A DNA stretch of 64,000 nucleotides from Mobula hypostoma (lineage: Eukaryota). The notes below the pieces were generated by a model. The model did not search any database. It was not told the origin of the DNA and saw only the letters and a list, made by a program, of their open reading frames with translations. The stretch is from assembly GCF_963921235.1 (NCBI RefSeq), contig NC_086097.1:36272001-36336000 (forward strand). The letters are read 5' to 3'. Each line of letters starts with the position of its first letter. Positions within the stretch are counted from its first letter, which is position 1. Shown one piece after another: positions 37,590-50,215 of this stretch. The translations under genes and the position numbers were made by a program.

Positions 37590-38844
37590 GTGAGCCTGGT
37601 CCACATATAATGTTTATTGATGTAATGAAACAATACAGTTAGTGTTAGATCCAACCACAAATAGCAAAGGATGACTGAGCAAAAACAATCCAAGTTGTAC
37701 GATACAATCTCACGCGCGAAGGATTTTGGGATAACTTCAAGAACTGGTGTAAGGCCAGGAAATGGTAAGGATAGGAACATGGTGTCAAAGGGATAGAGAA
37801 ACAAAAAGGAACTTACAACCTACATGATACTTTAATTGGGAATTAAGTGACAAAGTGCTTTAGAACCAAGACAGACTAAATAACCAAACTAGGTCTTCTA
37901 ATACAATGGAATTGTTACATTTACACTCTGTACTACCTAAACAATGCAGAAAAAGCAGCAGCATTTAGACTTAAGTGTTGCTATGATATAGCATGAACCT
38001 CCACTACTACCGTAGGAATTACATGCGCTGGAGAACAAATGACTAATAATATTAGACTTCACATCAAAAGAGACATTGCCCATATTTAAGTTGCCAATAT
38101 TCTGTTTCCAACAAACAGCTCATTAAAAGGAAGTTGGTTCTTTTAACTGTTCAATATAAGCCTTTCTAGATTAAAAATGACAAGTACAAAGTGATTATTT
38201 ATGTATGCATTCCATTCCTAACCTTCATCTTAAACTAAGTAACTAAAAAAATCAAGTTGGAGCTCCTCTTTCTTAAAAACTACATATATAACTGCAAAAC
38301 ATATTGCATAAAGTACTGCTGGTACTTAATAAGAAAATATATTTTGTGCAATTGTGGCTACAATTAACAGCTGGCAAAGCAACAGGCAGAAATTCTGCAG
38401 TGAATCATATTAACATAATCTTTCCCATCCAGGTTAAAGAATGGTTACTAAAAGGTGCTATATCCCTTTTAGTATTTACTCAGTCTTAAGAGTAACAGCT
38501 ATTATAAATTCAAGAATTGGAGACACAGATTTCAGTGCTCATTAAAACAGACCACCAAAATGTATTTACTTATAGCATGTGTCACTGTCATTCCACTTTC
38601 CCGATGGATCCCAGGGATGTCCATCTACCTAAAAACATCACATATCAGAAAGATACTTCAAACCAACTGGACCAAAACTGCAACTGAAGAGCAGGCATGG
38701 ATGGGGTCAGTGGAGGAGCACCGCTAACTGAAAAACTGCAGTTGTAGCCAGGCTTTTATAATAATCAGATTTAGAAAATATAAATAGACTGCTTTGGGTG
38801 CTGGGGCTTTGCCATTGTCCATTATTTTGTTCAGGTCTGAGACC
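37590..38844 (-). other. HIF1A: HIF1A 3' UTR
   Basis: Repeat-free AT-rich stretch between the stop codon (38845) and AATAAA; carries miR-17 and miR-18 seed matches; end approximate. Confidence 0.75.
37613..37618 (-). terminator. HIF1A: HIF1A polyadenylation signal
   Basis: Minus strand reads TCAATAAACATTATATGTGGACCAGG, followed by a GT-rich stretch; resembles the mammalian HIF1A mRNA end as I recall it. Confidence 0.75.
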
Positions 38845-38996
38845 TTAATTGACCTGATCCAATGCTCTAAGCACTTCTTCACCCTGAAGCAGGGTTCTGT
38901 TGCCTTGGATAGGTGCATTCACTTCACAGTCATAGTTGGTGAGTGTTGGCAAGCTACTGTCCTCTGCTGAATGAGCCAGAAGTCTGGCCACTATAT
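38845..38996 (-). CDS. HIF1A: HIF-1alpha exon 15 (C-TAD; FIH-target Asn codon at 38917-38919)
   Basis: tttcag|; [50 protein letters not shown]; 152 nt. Confidence 0.98.
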
Positions 38997-40170
38997 CTGA
39001 AAGTAAAAGCAGATTAAAAATAAGACAAAATATTAATCTTAACAGTTCTAAAATTTTCAAAAATTAATCATTTTGTATATTAACATTGAATTGAGGTTAA
39101 ATTGTCTGCAATGAAATTCAGTCATATCTAACAATTTAGCCTAACTTGCCCTACTGTAACAACAGGTTGAAGAAACTTCAAAAGAAACACAATCTCCTTA
39201 GCACTTAAATACATTCAAAGCAGATCAATTTTCTGGAATCAATGAAATAGCTTAGTCTTAAATGACTTAACCCTATCTCGAAACTGACCTTTAGTTCTGC
39301 ACTCTTGGCTAGCCAGAGCTTGCCCTTCATTTTTCTATATTCCAGAGAATACAGGCTTTAACTGCTAGAACCCTCCTTCTAAACCGATCTACTATCTCAA
39401 TGTGATAAATCTTTGCCCTGTACCTTTTTAAGTAGGTGACCAAAATGGTACACAATACGCAGATATGGTTACACCGAGCTATATTGAACTGTGACATCCT
39501 TTACTCTTGTACTTGAAATTCCCTTGCAATAAATACAACTTGCCTGCCATTAACACCTATATATTAACTTCCAGTGACTTAAGTGTAAGGACACCATGGA
39601 ATATCGTTCCTTTCTTCAGAAATAATCTCTCATCCACCTACCCCACTACTGCCCACTCACTTTACGTTGTCTCCCTTCTCTTGCATCCTCATCAATAATG
39701 ATACTCCAACTTAGTTTCACATCAAGGAAATTGAGTATAACATTTGAGGCTCAAGCACTAATCTACTATCAAAGCTCCCAACAATGGAACAAGGTTTTTA
39801 TTTTTACTGTTTTTTTAAAAATTAAACAATCTAGACCAGTACACAGCCCTAATTACATATGTAATAACTTTGTTCACCAACATCCAATGTAGAATCTTGT
39901 GTTGCTTGAAAATCCATAGCTAATGTTCCTTCTCATCCACTTGACTAGACATATTCTCAAAATAGTCAATCTTTTAAATCTCTGCTGATACTTCTCAAAC
40001 GTCTTGTAATACTTCTTATTACAGATTCTTTATTTTTATTACAGGTTCCAATATTTCCTTATTTCCAGTATTCCTTCTCTCTTAAATAGTGTGGTCACAA
40101 TTGCTATGTTTCAATTTGCAGAAAATCTGGGGATGATGGAGTTGGAGGAGTGGGGAACTGGAGACTGAAT

Positions 40171-43100
40171 ACATAACCATATAACAATTACAGCACGGGA
40201 ACAGGCCATCTCGGCCCTTCTAGTCCATTCCGAACTCTTACTCTCACCTAGACCCACCAACCTGCACTCAGCCCATAACCCTCCATTCCTTACCTGCCCA
40301 TATATTTGTCCAATGTAACTTTAAACGACAACATCGAACCTGCCTCAACCACTTCTGCTGGAAGCTCGTTCCACACAGCTACCACTCTCTAAGTAAAGAA
40401 GTTCTCCCTCATGTTACCCCTAAACTTTTGCCCTTTAACTCTCAACTCATGTCCTCTTGTTTGAATCTCCCCCACTCTCAATGGAAAAAGCCTATCCACG
40501 TCAACTCTATCTATCCCCTCATAATTTTAACTACCTCTATCAAGTCCCCCCCCAACCTTCTAAAGAATAAAGACCCAACTTGTTCAACCTTTCTCTGTAA
40601 CTTAGGTGATGAAACCCAGGTAACAGTCTAGTAAATCTTCTCTGTAATCTCTCTATTTTGTTGACATGTTTGCTATAATTTGGTGACCAAAACTGTACAC
40701 AATACTCCAAATTTGGCCCCACCAATGCCTTGTTACCTGGGTTTCATCACCTAAGTTACAAAGAAAGGTTGAACAAGTTGGGTCTTTATTCTTTAGAATG
40801 TAGAAGGTTGAGGGGGGACTTGATAGAGGTATTTAGAATTATGAGGGGGATAGATAGAGTTTCATGATCACAGTGAATAGCGGTGCTGGCTCGAAGGGCC
40901 AAATGGCCTACTCCTGCACCTATTGTCTGTTGTACAATTTCAACATTATATCCCAACTCCTATACTCAATGCTCTGATTTACAAAGGCCAGCATACCAAA
41001 GCTTCCTTCACCACCCTATCCACATGAGATTCCACCTTCAGAGAACTATGCACCATTATTCCTAGATCCCTCTGTTCTACTGCATTCTTCAGTGCCCTAA
41101 CATTTACCATGTATGTCCTATTTTGAATAGTCCTACCAAAATGTAGCACCTCAGATTTATCAGCATTAAACTCTATCTGCCACCTTTCAGTCCACGCTTC
41201 TAACTGGCCTAAATCTCTCTGCAAGCTTTGAAAACCTACTTCATTATCCACAACTCCATCTATCTTAGTATCATCTGCATACTTACTCATCCAATTTACC
41301 ACCCCATCATCCAGATCATTAATGTATATGACAAATAACATTGGACCCAGTACAGATCCCTGAGGCACACCACTAGTCACCGGCCTCCAATCTGACAGTT
41401 ATCCACCACTACTCTCTGGCGTCTCCCATCTAGCCACTGCTGAATCATTTTACTAATTAATTAATACCTAACGATTGAACCTTCCTAACCAACCTTCAGT
41501 GTGGGACCTTGTTAAAGGCCTTACTGAAGTCCATATAGACAACATCCATCGCTTTACCCTCGTCAACTTTCCTAGTAACCTCTTCAAAAAATTCAATAAG
41601 ATTTGTCAAACATGACCTTCCAGGCACAAATCCGTTGATTGTTCCCAATCAGACCCTGTCTATCCAGATAATTGTATATACCATCTCTAAGAATACTTTC
41701 CATCAATTTACCCACCACTGACGTCAAACTCACAGGCCGATAATTGCTAGGTTTACTCTTAGAACCCTTTTTAAACAATGGAACAACATGAGCAATATGC
41801 CAATCCTCCGGCACCATCCCCGTTTCTAATGACATTTGAAATATTTCTGTCAGAGCCCCTGCTATTTCCACACTAACTTCCCTCAAGGTTCTAGGGGATA
41901 TCCTGTCAGGACCTCGAGACTTATCCACATTTATATTCCTTAAAAGCTCCAGTACTTCCTCTTCTTTAATCATCATAGTTTCCAATAACTTCCCTACCTG
42001 TTTCCCTTATCTTACACAATTCAATATTCTTCTCCTTAGTGAATTCCGAAGAAAAGAAATTGTTCAGAATCTCCCCCATCTCTTTTGACTCCACACATAG
42101 CTGTCCACTCTGATTCTCTAAGGGACCAATTTTATCCCTCACTATCCTTTTGCTATTAATATAACGGTAGAAACCCTTGGGATTTATTTTCACCTTACTC
42201 ATATCTTCTTTTAGCTTTTCTAATTTCTTTCTTAAGATTCTTTTTACATTCTTTATATTCCTCGAGCACCTCACTTACTCCATGCTGCCTATATTTATTG
42301 TAGATATCTCTTTTTCCGAACCAAGTTTCCAATATCCCTTGAAAACCATGGCTTTCTCAAACTTTTAACCTTTCCTTTCAACCTAACAGAAACATAAAGA
42401 TTCTGTACTCTCAAAATTTCACTTTTAAATGACCTCCATTTCTCTATTACATTCTTCCCATAAAACTAATTGTCCCAATCCACTCCTTCTAAATTCTTTC
42501 ACATCTCCTCAAAGTTAGCCTTTCTCTAATCAAAAATCTCAACCCTGGGTCCAGACCTATCCTTCTCCATATTTATATTGAAACTAATAACATTGTGATC
42601 ACTGGACCCAAAGTGCTCCCCAATACAAACCTCCGTCACCCGACATATCTCATTCCCTAACAGGAGATCCAACACTGCCCCTTCTCTAGTTAGTACCTCT
42701 ATGTATTGCTGCAAAAAGCTATCCTGCACACATTTTACAAACTCCAAACCATCCAGCCCTTCTACAGTATGGGCTTTCCAGTCTATGTGTGGAAAAGTAA
42801 AATCTCCCACAATCACAACCTTGTGCTTACTACAAATATCTGCTATCTCCTTACAAATTTGCTCCTCCAATTCTCGCTCCCCATTTGATGGTCTATAATA
42901 CACCCCCATAAGAGTTACTATACCTTTCCCATTCCTCAATTCCACCCAAATAGCCTCCCTAGACGAGCCCTCTAATCTATCCTGCCAGAGCACTGCTGTA
43001 ATATTTTCTCTGACAAGCAATGCAACACCTCCCCCTCTTGTCCCTCCGATTCTATCACACCTGAAGCAATTAACTCCAGGAATATTTAGTTGCCAATCAC

Positions 43101-44280
43101 ACCCCTCCTGTAACCATGTTTCACTAATAGCTACCACATCATACTTCTAGGTATCAATTCATGTTTTAAGCTCATCCATCTTTCTGATAATGTTCCTAGC
43201 ATTAAAATAAATGCATTTAAGAAATTTTCCACCTCTTACTCTCTGTTTATCACTAACGGTGCAAACAACTTTACTATTTTCTTTTTCTTCCTTCTTCCCT
43301 ACATCTGTTCATACACTCTGGTTCCCCTCCCCCCTCGTATCTAGTTTAAATCCACCGGAGCCTCTCTACAAACCTACCTGCAAGGATATTTGTCCCCTTC
43401 CAGTTCAGATGTAGACCGTCCCTCCAGAACAGGTCCCACCTTCTGAGGAAAACTACCCAATTATCTATAAATTTGAAGCCCTCCCTCCTGCACCACGTCT
43501 TCAACCACGTGTTGATCTGCACTATCTTACTATTTCTAAACTCGCCTGCACATGGCACTGGTAGCAATCCTGAGATTGCTATCCTGGAGTCCTGTCCTTT
43601 AACTTGGCGCCTAACTCCCTAAACTCACCTTTCAGGACCTCCTCACTCTCCCTACCCACATCATTGGTCCCTACATGAACCATGACATCCGGCTGCTCAC
43701 CCTCCCTCTTGAAAATACCGAGAACTGGATCTGAGATATCACGGACCTTGGCACCAGGGAGGCAACAGACCATCCAGGATTCTCGATCTCTTCCACAGAA
43801 ACTCTTATCTGTCCCCCTATTGAATCCCCTATCACTACTGCTCTCCTCTTTTCCCTCCTTCCCTTCTGAGTTGAGGGTCCCATCTCAGTGCCAGAGACGC
43901 AACCACTGCAACTTGTCCCTGGTAGGTTGTCCCCATCAACAGTATCCAAAACGATGTACTTAGTATTGGTGGGAACAGCCATAGGGGTGCTCTGCTCATT
44001 CTGTCTATTCCCCTTCCCTCTCCTGACAGTCACCCAGCTACCTCACTCTTAGGGGTGACTATCTCCCTGTAACTCCTCTCAACTTCTGCCTCTGCCTCCT
44101 GAATGATCCGAAGTTCATCCAGCTCCAGCTCCAGTTCTCTAACTCGGTTTGTCAGGAGCTGCAGCTGGAAGCACCTTTCGCAGGTGTAGTTGTCAGGGAC
44201 GATTGTGCTCGCCCTGACTTCCCACATCCTGCAAATGGAGCACTCAACTGCCCTAACTGCTGCCTCCATTACCTACTCTT
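40171..44280 (-). mobile_element. Near-full-length CR1 LINE (ORF1 plus ORF2) in HIF1A intron 14, frameshifted
   Basis: ORF1: CSIC/CERC zinc-finger, heptad LTNRVRELELELDEL, esterase motifs IGDS, HVGTND, DGLH; ORF2: AISETW, GDFTFP, SDH, NYRPVSLT, YADDTK; (TTATATGG)-type tail at 40171. Confidence 0.95.
40731..40929 (+). mobile_element. Composite insert: inverted copy of 40503-40625 followed by a ~68-bp CR1 3' tail of another family
   Basis: 40731-40861 is the reverse complement of 40503-40625; 40862-40929 matches 27731-27800; TTGT at 40730-40733 and 40930-40933. Confidence 0.9.
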
Positions 44281-44574
44281 AAGGTAATTAATTTATTATG
44301 AATGGCGTTATCAGCTGAGAGATGGTGTTAAAGGTTCCCCTATCAATTTTGTGATCATCCTTTGAACTATGAAGTGCTCCCAATGTCTGAGTTTGCCTTT
44401 CCCTACAGATCTAAATTTGCCAGAAAAAAATCAACAAGACAAAGTATAGGTTTGTTCCTTTTTTTTTTGATTGTTATATACAGAAATGTATGTCAGAAGC
44501 AATTAGGAATGAGAAACAGATAATAGGACAAGGAAATTATTTTGTTCTTGCATCTCAAAATAAAAAATACTCAC

Positions 44575-44692
44575 CAGTGGGTAACAAGACAAGTGTCTTC
44601 TGTTCACTGTTGTTAGCATCAAATCCTTTTGCACGCTTCGACGTTTGCGGTGTAGTCACTTGAAGGTTAGTGTCACTTGGGAATAATAATTC
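44575..44692 (-). CDS. HIF1A: HIF-1alpha exon 14
   Basis: gaacag| ELLFPSDTNLQVTTPQTSKRAKGFDANNSEQKTLVLLPT |gtgagt; 118 nt, phases 0/1 fit neighbours. Confidence 0.92.
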
Positions 44693-45289
44693 CTGTTCAA
44701 AACAAACAATTTCACATTGATACATCATTCACTAGTAACTCAACATTAAACAAAATTAACACTTTTGCTCGTCATTCTTAAATTTGTTTAAAACATTTAA
44801 AATTTTAAACACTCAATTGTACTTCACTACTTTAAGCAATGCAGTATTATTTACAGCAGTCAAAATATTCCCAATTAGGGAATATACAACCCAAATACAA
44901 ATTTTTATGAGGCACAATGATTTCAAAGAATACACAAATTGTTCAGAAAGATAGCAGGTTATACAGGATACATGTGTAGAGGGAGAAAAACAAAAGTTGA
45001 AACTGTAGGTGAATGACTGAATTTAACAGTTGTAGATTATGAATGTTGAAAAACTTAACCTATCAAGACGACCCTTCTGCAACTGTAAGAGTGTTACAGA
45101 CCAACAATGCAGGTCAAAATGGAATGAAGAATTAAAGTGAGAAGCAAATCTTGCAGACTGAAAAGAAATGTTCTGCAAAGTGGTCATTTTCTCTATGTAG
45201 AAGAAACCATTTAAGTTCAACAATCATGAAATCCAAGACATTTACAGAATGTAAATATGTTATGGAAGTTATAGACAGCAACATAGGAA

Positions 45290-46330
45290 TTGGGAGAGCG
45301 AGATGCTATTCTTCAAATGCCCTCTGTTGCACAGAATTCATACAGGAACCCACTTCTACCTCTGTACAGGATTCATATTTCTTGACTCCATTTTTCCTAT
45401 CTACTTCCATAATAGCACATATGCTGCCTTAGTCATTTTGAGTTTCTTAGTCTTACATACATCAATTTTCACCATGGACATCCAATCTTTCTACACCTCT
45501 GCTTCTCCTATGAAAAAAAGCCCAACCAGCTCTCCAACAGAACACTTTCTTGTTTTGATAATTCGCCATCAGCTCCATATCCACGTTTTAGCTACAAGAA
45601 TCCACATGGGTCACGGCACCATCTGCCCCTTTTATGTAATGTTATTGTTATTTTTCAGTTCTACCCAGGACCTCTCTCCCTCGCCCCTTTCCAATACATC
45701 AATGATTGTTTTGCACACAGAAACTCACGTTTCTTCATACTTATTACCAACTTCTACTATGCTCTTGCCTTCACCTGATCCAACTCTTCCCTTTTATGGC
45801 ATTTCTACTTCAGAAGTTAATAATCAACATACAAGCTCAGACTCAAAATGTCTCTGACAACAGTTCCATCTCTTGCTCTTCATCTCACAAGAATTTCAAT
45901 CCATCTGTTCTAAATATGAAAATTTCCATACTAGTTTTTCCAATGTTTCTTTTCCCCCCTTGGCTATTTCCTCTTCATCATCGTTACAATACTACATGGG
46001 TCACTTCCTTGCTAGCCATCAACAGCATGAATAACATTCCTTTTCTCTTTACTATTCAATTTGACAGATTCTGCACACAGTAGATCATTCTCTGTGATCA
46101 TTGTTGATGTGATGTCATTCCCAAAGGACAATTCCCATCCTAACAATACTTGCCCTATATACTCCTTCAACATGCTTTGACTTCCAACTTAAATATTTTA
46201 CATTCAGTGCTGACATGGGTTTCTTCAAAGTAAAAGAGACTACATATTATGAGCTGTCAGGGCAACACAGAGCTTCCAGTTGCCTGTCACTCTAATTCTC
46301 TGTCCACTATAACATGCTTGGAACAGTGTC
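45290..46330 (+). mobile_element. Highly degenerate Penelope RT/GIY-YIG remnant
   Basis: FTMDIQSFYTS and ATRIHMG resemble Penelope RT motifs; 46200-46300 resembles 14640-14760. Confidence 0.5.
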
Positions 46331-46339
46331 TTTCAACTA

Positions 46340-47901
46340 CAGTGCCTATCAAAAGTGCCCCAACCCCATTTGGAAATTTTCATGTTTTATTTTCTATTGT
46401 CATGTTTTGGCTTTTTTGATACTGATCAACAAAAAAAGACACTTTTGTGTCAAAGCGTTAACAGATCTCTACAAAGTGATCTAAATTAATTACAAATATA
46501 AAACACAAAATGATTGATTGCATAAGTATTCACCTCCTCCCCCCTTAATAATAACACACTAGATCATCACTGGTGCAGCCAACTGGTTTTAGAAGTCACA
46601 TCATTAATTAAATGGAGATCCGTTTTTGGAGACCTGTGTGCGTTCAAGGAGGTTCAATCAATTGTTGTAAAAATACACCTGTATATGGAAGGTCCAACTG
46701 CTGGTGAGTCAGTATCCCGGCAAAAATCTACACCATGAAGACAAAAGAACACTCCAAGCAACTCCACGAAGTTATTGAAAAGCACAAGTCAGCACATGGA
46801 TACAAGAAAATTTCCAAGTCTCTGGATATCCCTTGGAGTACAGTTAAGTCAGTCATCAAGAAATGGAAAGAATATGGCACAGCTGTAAATTTGCATAGAG
46901 CATGCCATCCTCAAAAACTGAGTGACCGTGCGAGAAGGGGACTAGTGAGGGAGGCCATCAGGAGACCTATGACAACTCTGGAGGAGTTACAAGCTTCAGT
47001 GGCTGAGATGGGAGAGACTGTGCACACAACAACTGTTGCCCAGGTGCTTCACCAGTCGCAGATTTATGGGAGAGTGGCCCAGAGAAAGCCACTGTTGAAG
47101 AAATACACTCATGAAATCTCAGCTAGAGTTTGCCAGAAGGCACATGGAAGACTCTGAAGGTTCTATGGTCTGATGAAACCAAAATTAAGTTTCTTGGCCA
47201 TCAGATTAAATGCTATGTTTGGCATAACCCAGTCACCGCACATCATCATAAACACACCATCTCTACCATGAAGCATGGAGGTTGCTGCATCATGCTGTGG
47301 GGATGCTTCATGGCTTGTGAAGGTAGAAGGTAAAATGAATGCAGCAAAATACAGGGAAATCCTGGAGGAAAACCTGATGCAGACCGCAAGAGAACTGCGA
47401 CTTGAGAGAAGATTTGTCTTCCAGCAAGACAATAACCCCAAGCATAAAGCCAAAGCTGCACAGGAATGTCTTGAAAACAACAAAGTTAATGACCTGGAAT
47501 GGCCAAGTCAAGAGTCCAGACCTCAATCCAATCGAGAATTTGTGGAGGGACTTAAAAAGGGCTGTTCACTCACGCTCCCCATGCAATCTGACAGAGTTTG
47601 AGCAGTCTTGTAAGGAAGAATGGGGGGGAAATTGCAGTGACCAGATGTGCAAAGCTGATAAGAGACCTATTCTCACAGACTCGACGCTGCAATTGCTGCC
47701 AAAAGTGCATCTACTAAGTACTGACTTGAAGGGGGTGAATACTTATGCAATAAATTATTTTGTGATTTATATTTGTAATTAATTTTGTCAAGAAAGTGTC
47801 TTTTTCTGTCGATCGGTGTCAAAAGACCCAAATTAAATCCACTCTGATTCAATGTTGTAAAGCAACTGAGGGGAGGGGGTGAATACTTTTAATAGGCACT
47901 G
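46340..47901 (+). mobile_element. Tc1-family DNA transposon (IR/DR type) with frameshifted transposase, in HIF1A intron 13
   Basis: Termini TA|CAGTGCCTAT ... ATAGGCACTG; internal AAGTATTCACC repeats; HTH region GYKKISKSLDIPWSTV; WSDETK, FQQDNNPKH, SPDLNPIENLW. Confidence 0.95.
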
Positions 47902-48671
47902 TCGCCATGTTACAGTCCTCAGCATTGATTATTATTGAATTCAGATATCAAGCCTTTCCAATATGCATCAATGCTGATGCAAGGCTTCTCTCCATAAATG
48001 CTTTCTGAATTACTGTTTGGTTCTAGTATTATTAAGATTGCAAGTGCAATTTTGTTTTTCTCTATGCTCATTCATCTCCCAGTTTACTTTTACTTGAGGT
48101 AGATCAGCTGAGTGAAGCAAGACCTCTTCACTCTCTCAGCTAATACCAGCTATTTTCTGTACCACACCCCCTGCCCAAATTATTTGGCACCTGTCTCCTA
48201 TCAGATATTTCATTCCACTACAACCTACCAATTTAAAACCCAATTTTTAAAAACCTTTAAGTTTAGTCTGAAACTTTAACTGTTTATCTATATACAACTA
48301 TTACTAAATATCTCTATCATCTGCAATTTGTTTTACTTCTGATCAATATCCATGACTATATTTATAGAAATGGATGCTAATCACCCTATAACCACAGGTC
48401 AAAGTCCAGGACTACATGCAATAAATGGAATACTCTGATGGTTCCATTACAAATCATGATTAATAGCTATAAATCTACATTTTTGCTTTAAATTGGTTAG
48501 TGCAGTAACCCATAATTTATTCTTTTAGTTGCACTGTAGTTGCAATATTCTGAGAGGGTCTGCACCTATGAGTTTTATTAATCCAGTTCCTTTTAGATGT
48601 ATAAATGTTTAAAATTGCCACATACTACAAATTCATCCTAGCACAGATTATTGTTAGTTTTTGATTTATGA

Positions 48672-48756
48672 TTTGTGAGAGTAAAAGTTCGGCACGGACT
48701 AGAAGGGCCAAGATGGCCTGTTTCCGTGCCGTAATTGTTATATAGTTATATGGTTA
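48672..48756 (+). mobile_element. Very short CR1 3' tail
   Basis: Reverse complement of 40171-40250 with TTATAT(A/G)G repeats. Confidence 0.8.
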
Positions 48757-49396
48757 TAATATTAACTTCAATTAATATTTCAAATATTAATCAATTTATT
48801 TCCCCTAAATTAAGCTTCAGACCCCATTCAGTAGCAAGAGATGAGACAAAGTTGGTTTAGCTACTGTAATTCCATGCAAAATTTTATCTTTATTTTACAA
48901 AGATATCATATTCAGGAAAATACCACTTAGAATTCTGAATCTGCTCCAAGATCAATTGTTCTCAATTGCATAAGTGCTGACTTTCAGTAAGTGTTCATCT
49001 TTTGCTTATCAAGAATCTATCTGTGTCTGTCTTAAATATTCAGATACTGTAACAATTTGGATAACACACCTGCTTTTTGTTCCCTGCCAAAATGGTCAAT
49101 TATATATAATTGATCATCTAAATAAATATCCATATACTTCACTAGCCTCTTGTGTACTCTTCATACTTTTCTACCTAACTGTGACTATTCAGTGCCTTGA
49201 TCCAGGTCATTTATATAAACTGGAGCAAGTGGAAACCCACCACTACTTCTGTGGGCAACCAGAAACATACCTGCCTACTGTTAGCCATAAAATAAGATTA
49301 GCTTATGTGTCACATGTAGATGCAGTGAAATGCATTGTATTGTGTCAATAACCAACACTGTGCAAGGATTGTGCTGGGGGCAGCTGGCAGGTGTCA

Positions 49397-50215
49397 TAGA
49401 ACATAGAACAGTATAGCACAGTACAGGCCCTTTGGCCCACAATGTTGTGCCAACCCTTAAACTCTGCCTCCCTTATAACCCCCCCACCTTAACTTCCTCC
49501 ATGTACCTGTCTAGTAGTCTCTTAAACTTCACCAGTGTATCTGCCTCCACCGACTCAGGCAGTGCATTCCACGAACCAACCACTCTCTGAGTAAAAAACC
49601 TTCCTCTAATATCCCCCTTGAACTTCCCACCCCTTACCTTAAAGCCATGTCCTCCGTATTGAGCAGTGGTGCCCTGGGGAAGAGGCGCTGGCTGTCCACT
49701 CAATATCTTGTATACCTCTATCATGTCTCCTCTTATCCTTCTCCTCTCCAAAGAGTAAAGCCCTAGCTCCCTTAATCTCTGATCATAATGCACACTCTCT
49801 AAACCAGGCAGCATCCTGGTAAATCTCCTCTGTATCCTTTCCAAAGCTTCCACATCCTCCCTATAGTGAGGCAACTAGAACTGGACACAGTACTCCAAGT
49901 GTGGCCTAACCATCCCTCAACTTATGAAAGCTAACACTCCATAAGCTTTCAGGGATGTGTGGACATGTACCCCCAGATCCCTCTGCTCCTCCATACTTCC
50001 AAGTATCCTCCATTTACTTTGTATTATGCCTTGGAGTTTGTCCTTCCAAAGTGTACCACCTCCCACTTCTCCGGGTTGAACTCCATCTGCCACTTCTCAG
50101 CCCACTTCTGCATCCTATCAATGTCTCTCTGCAACCTTCGACAATTCTCTACACCATCCACACCAGCACCAACCTTTGTGTCGTCTGCAAACTTGTCAAC
50201 CCACCCTTCTATCTA
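49397..50215 (-). mobile_element. CR1 3' fragment nested in a V-SINE-like element (49295-49396 and 50220-50430)
   Basis: ORF 49473-49874 (PHYREDVEALERIQRRFTRMLPG); TAGAACATAGAAC tail; SINE domain GTGGGAGGAAACCAGAG resumes at about 50288. Confidence 0.85.
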
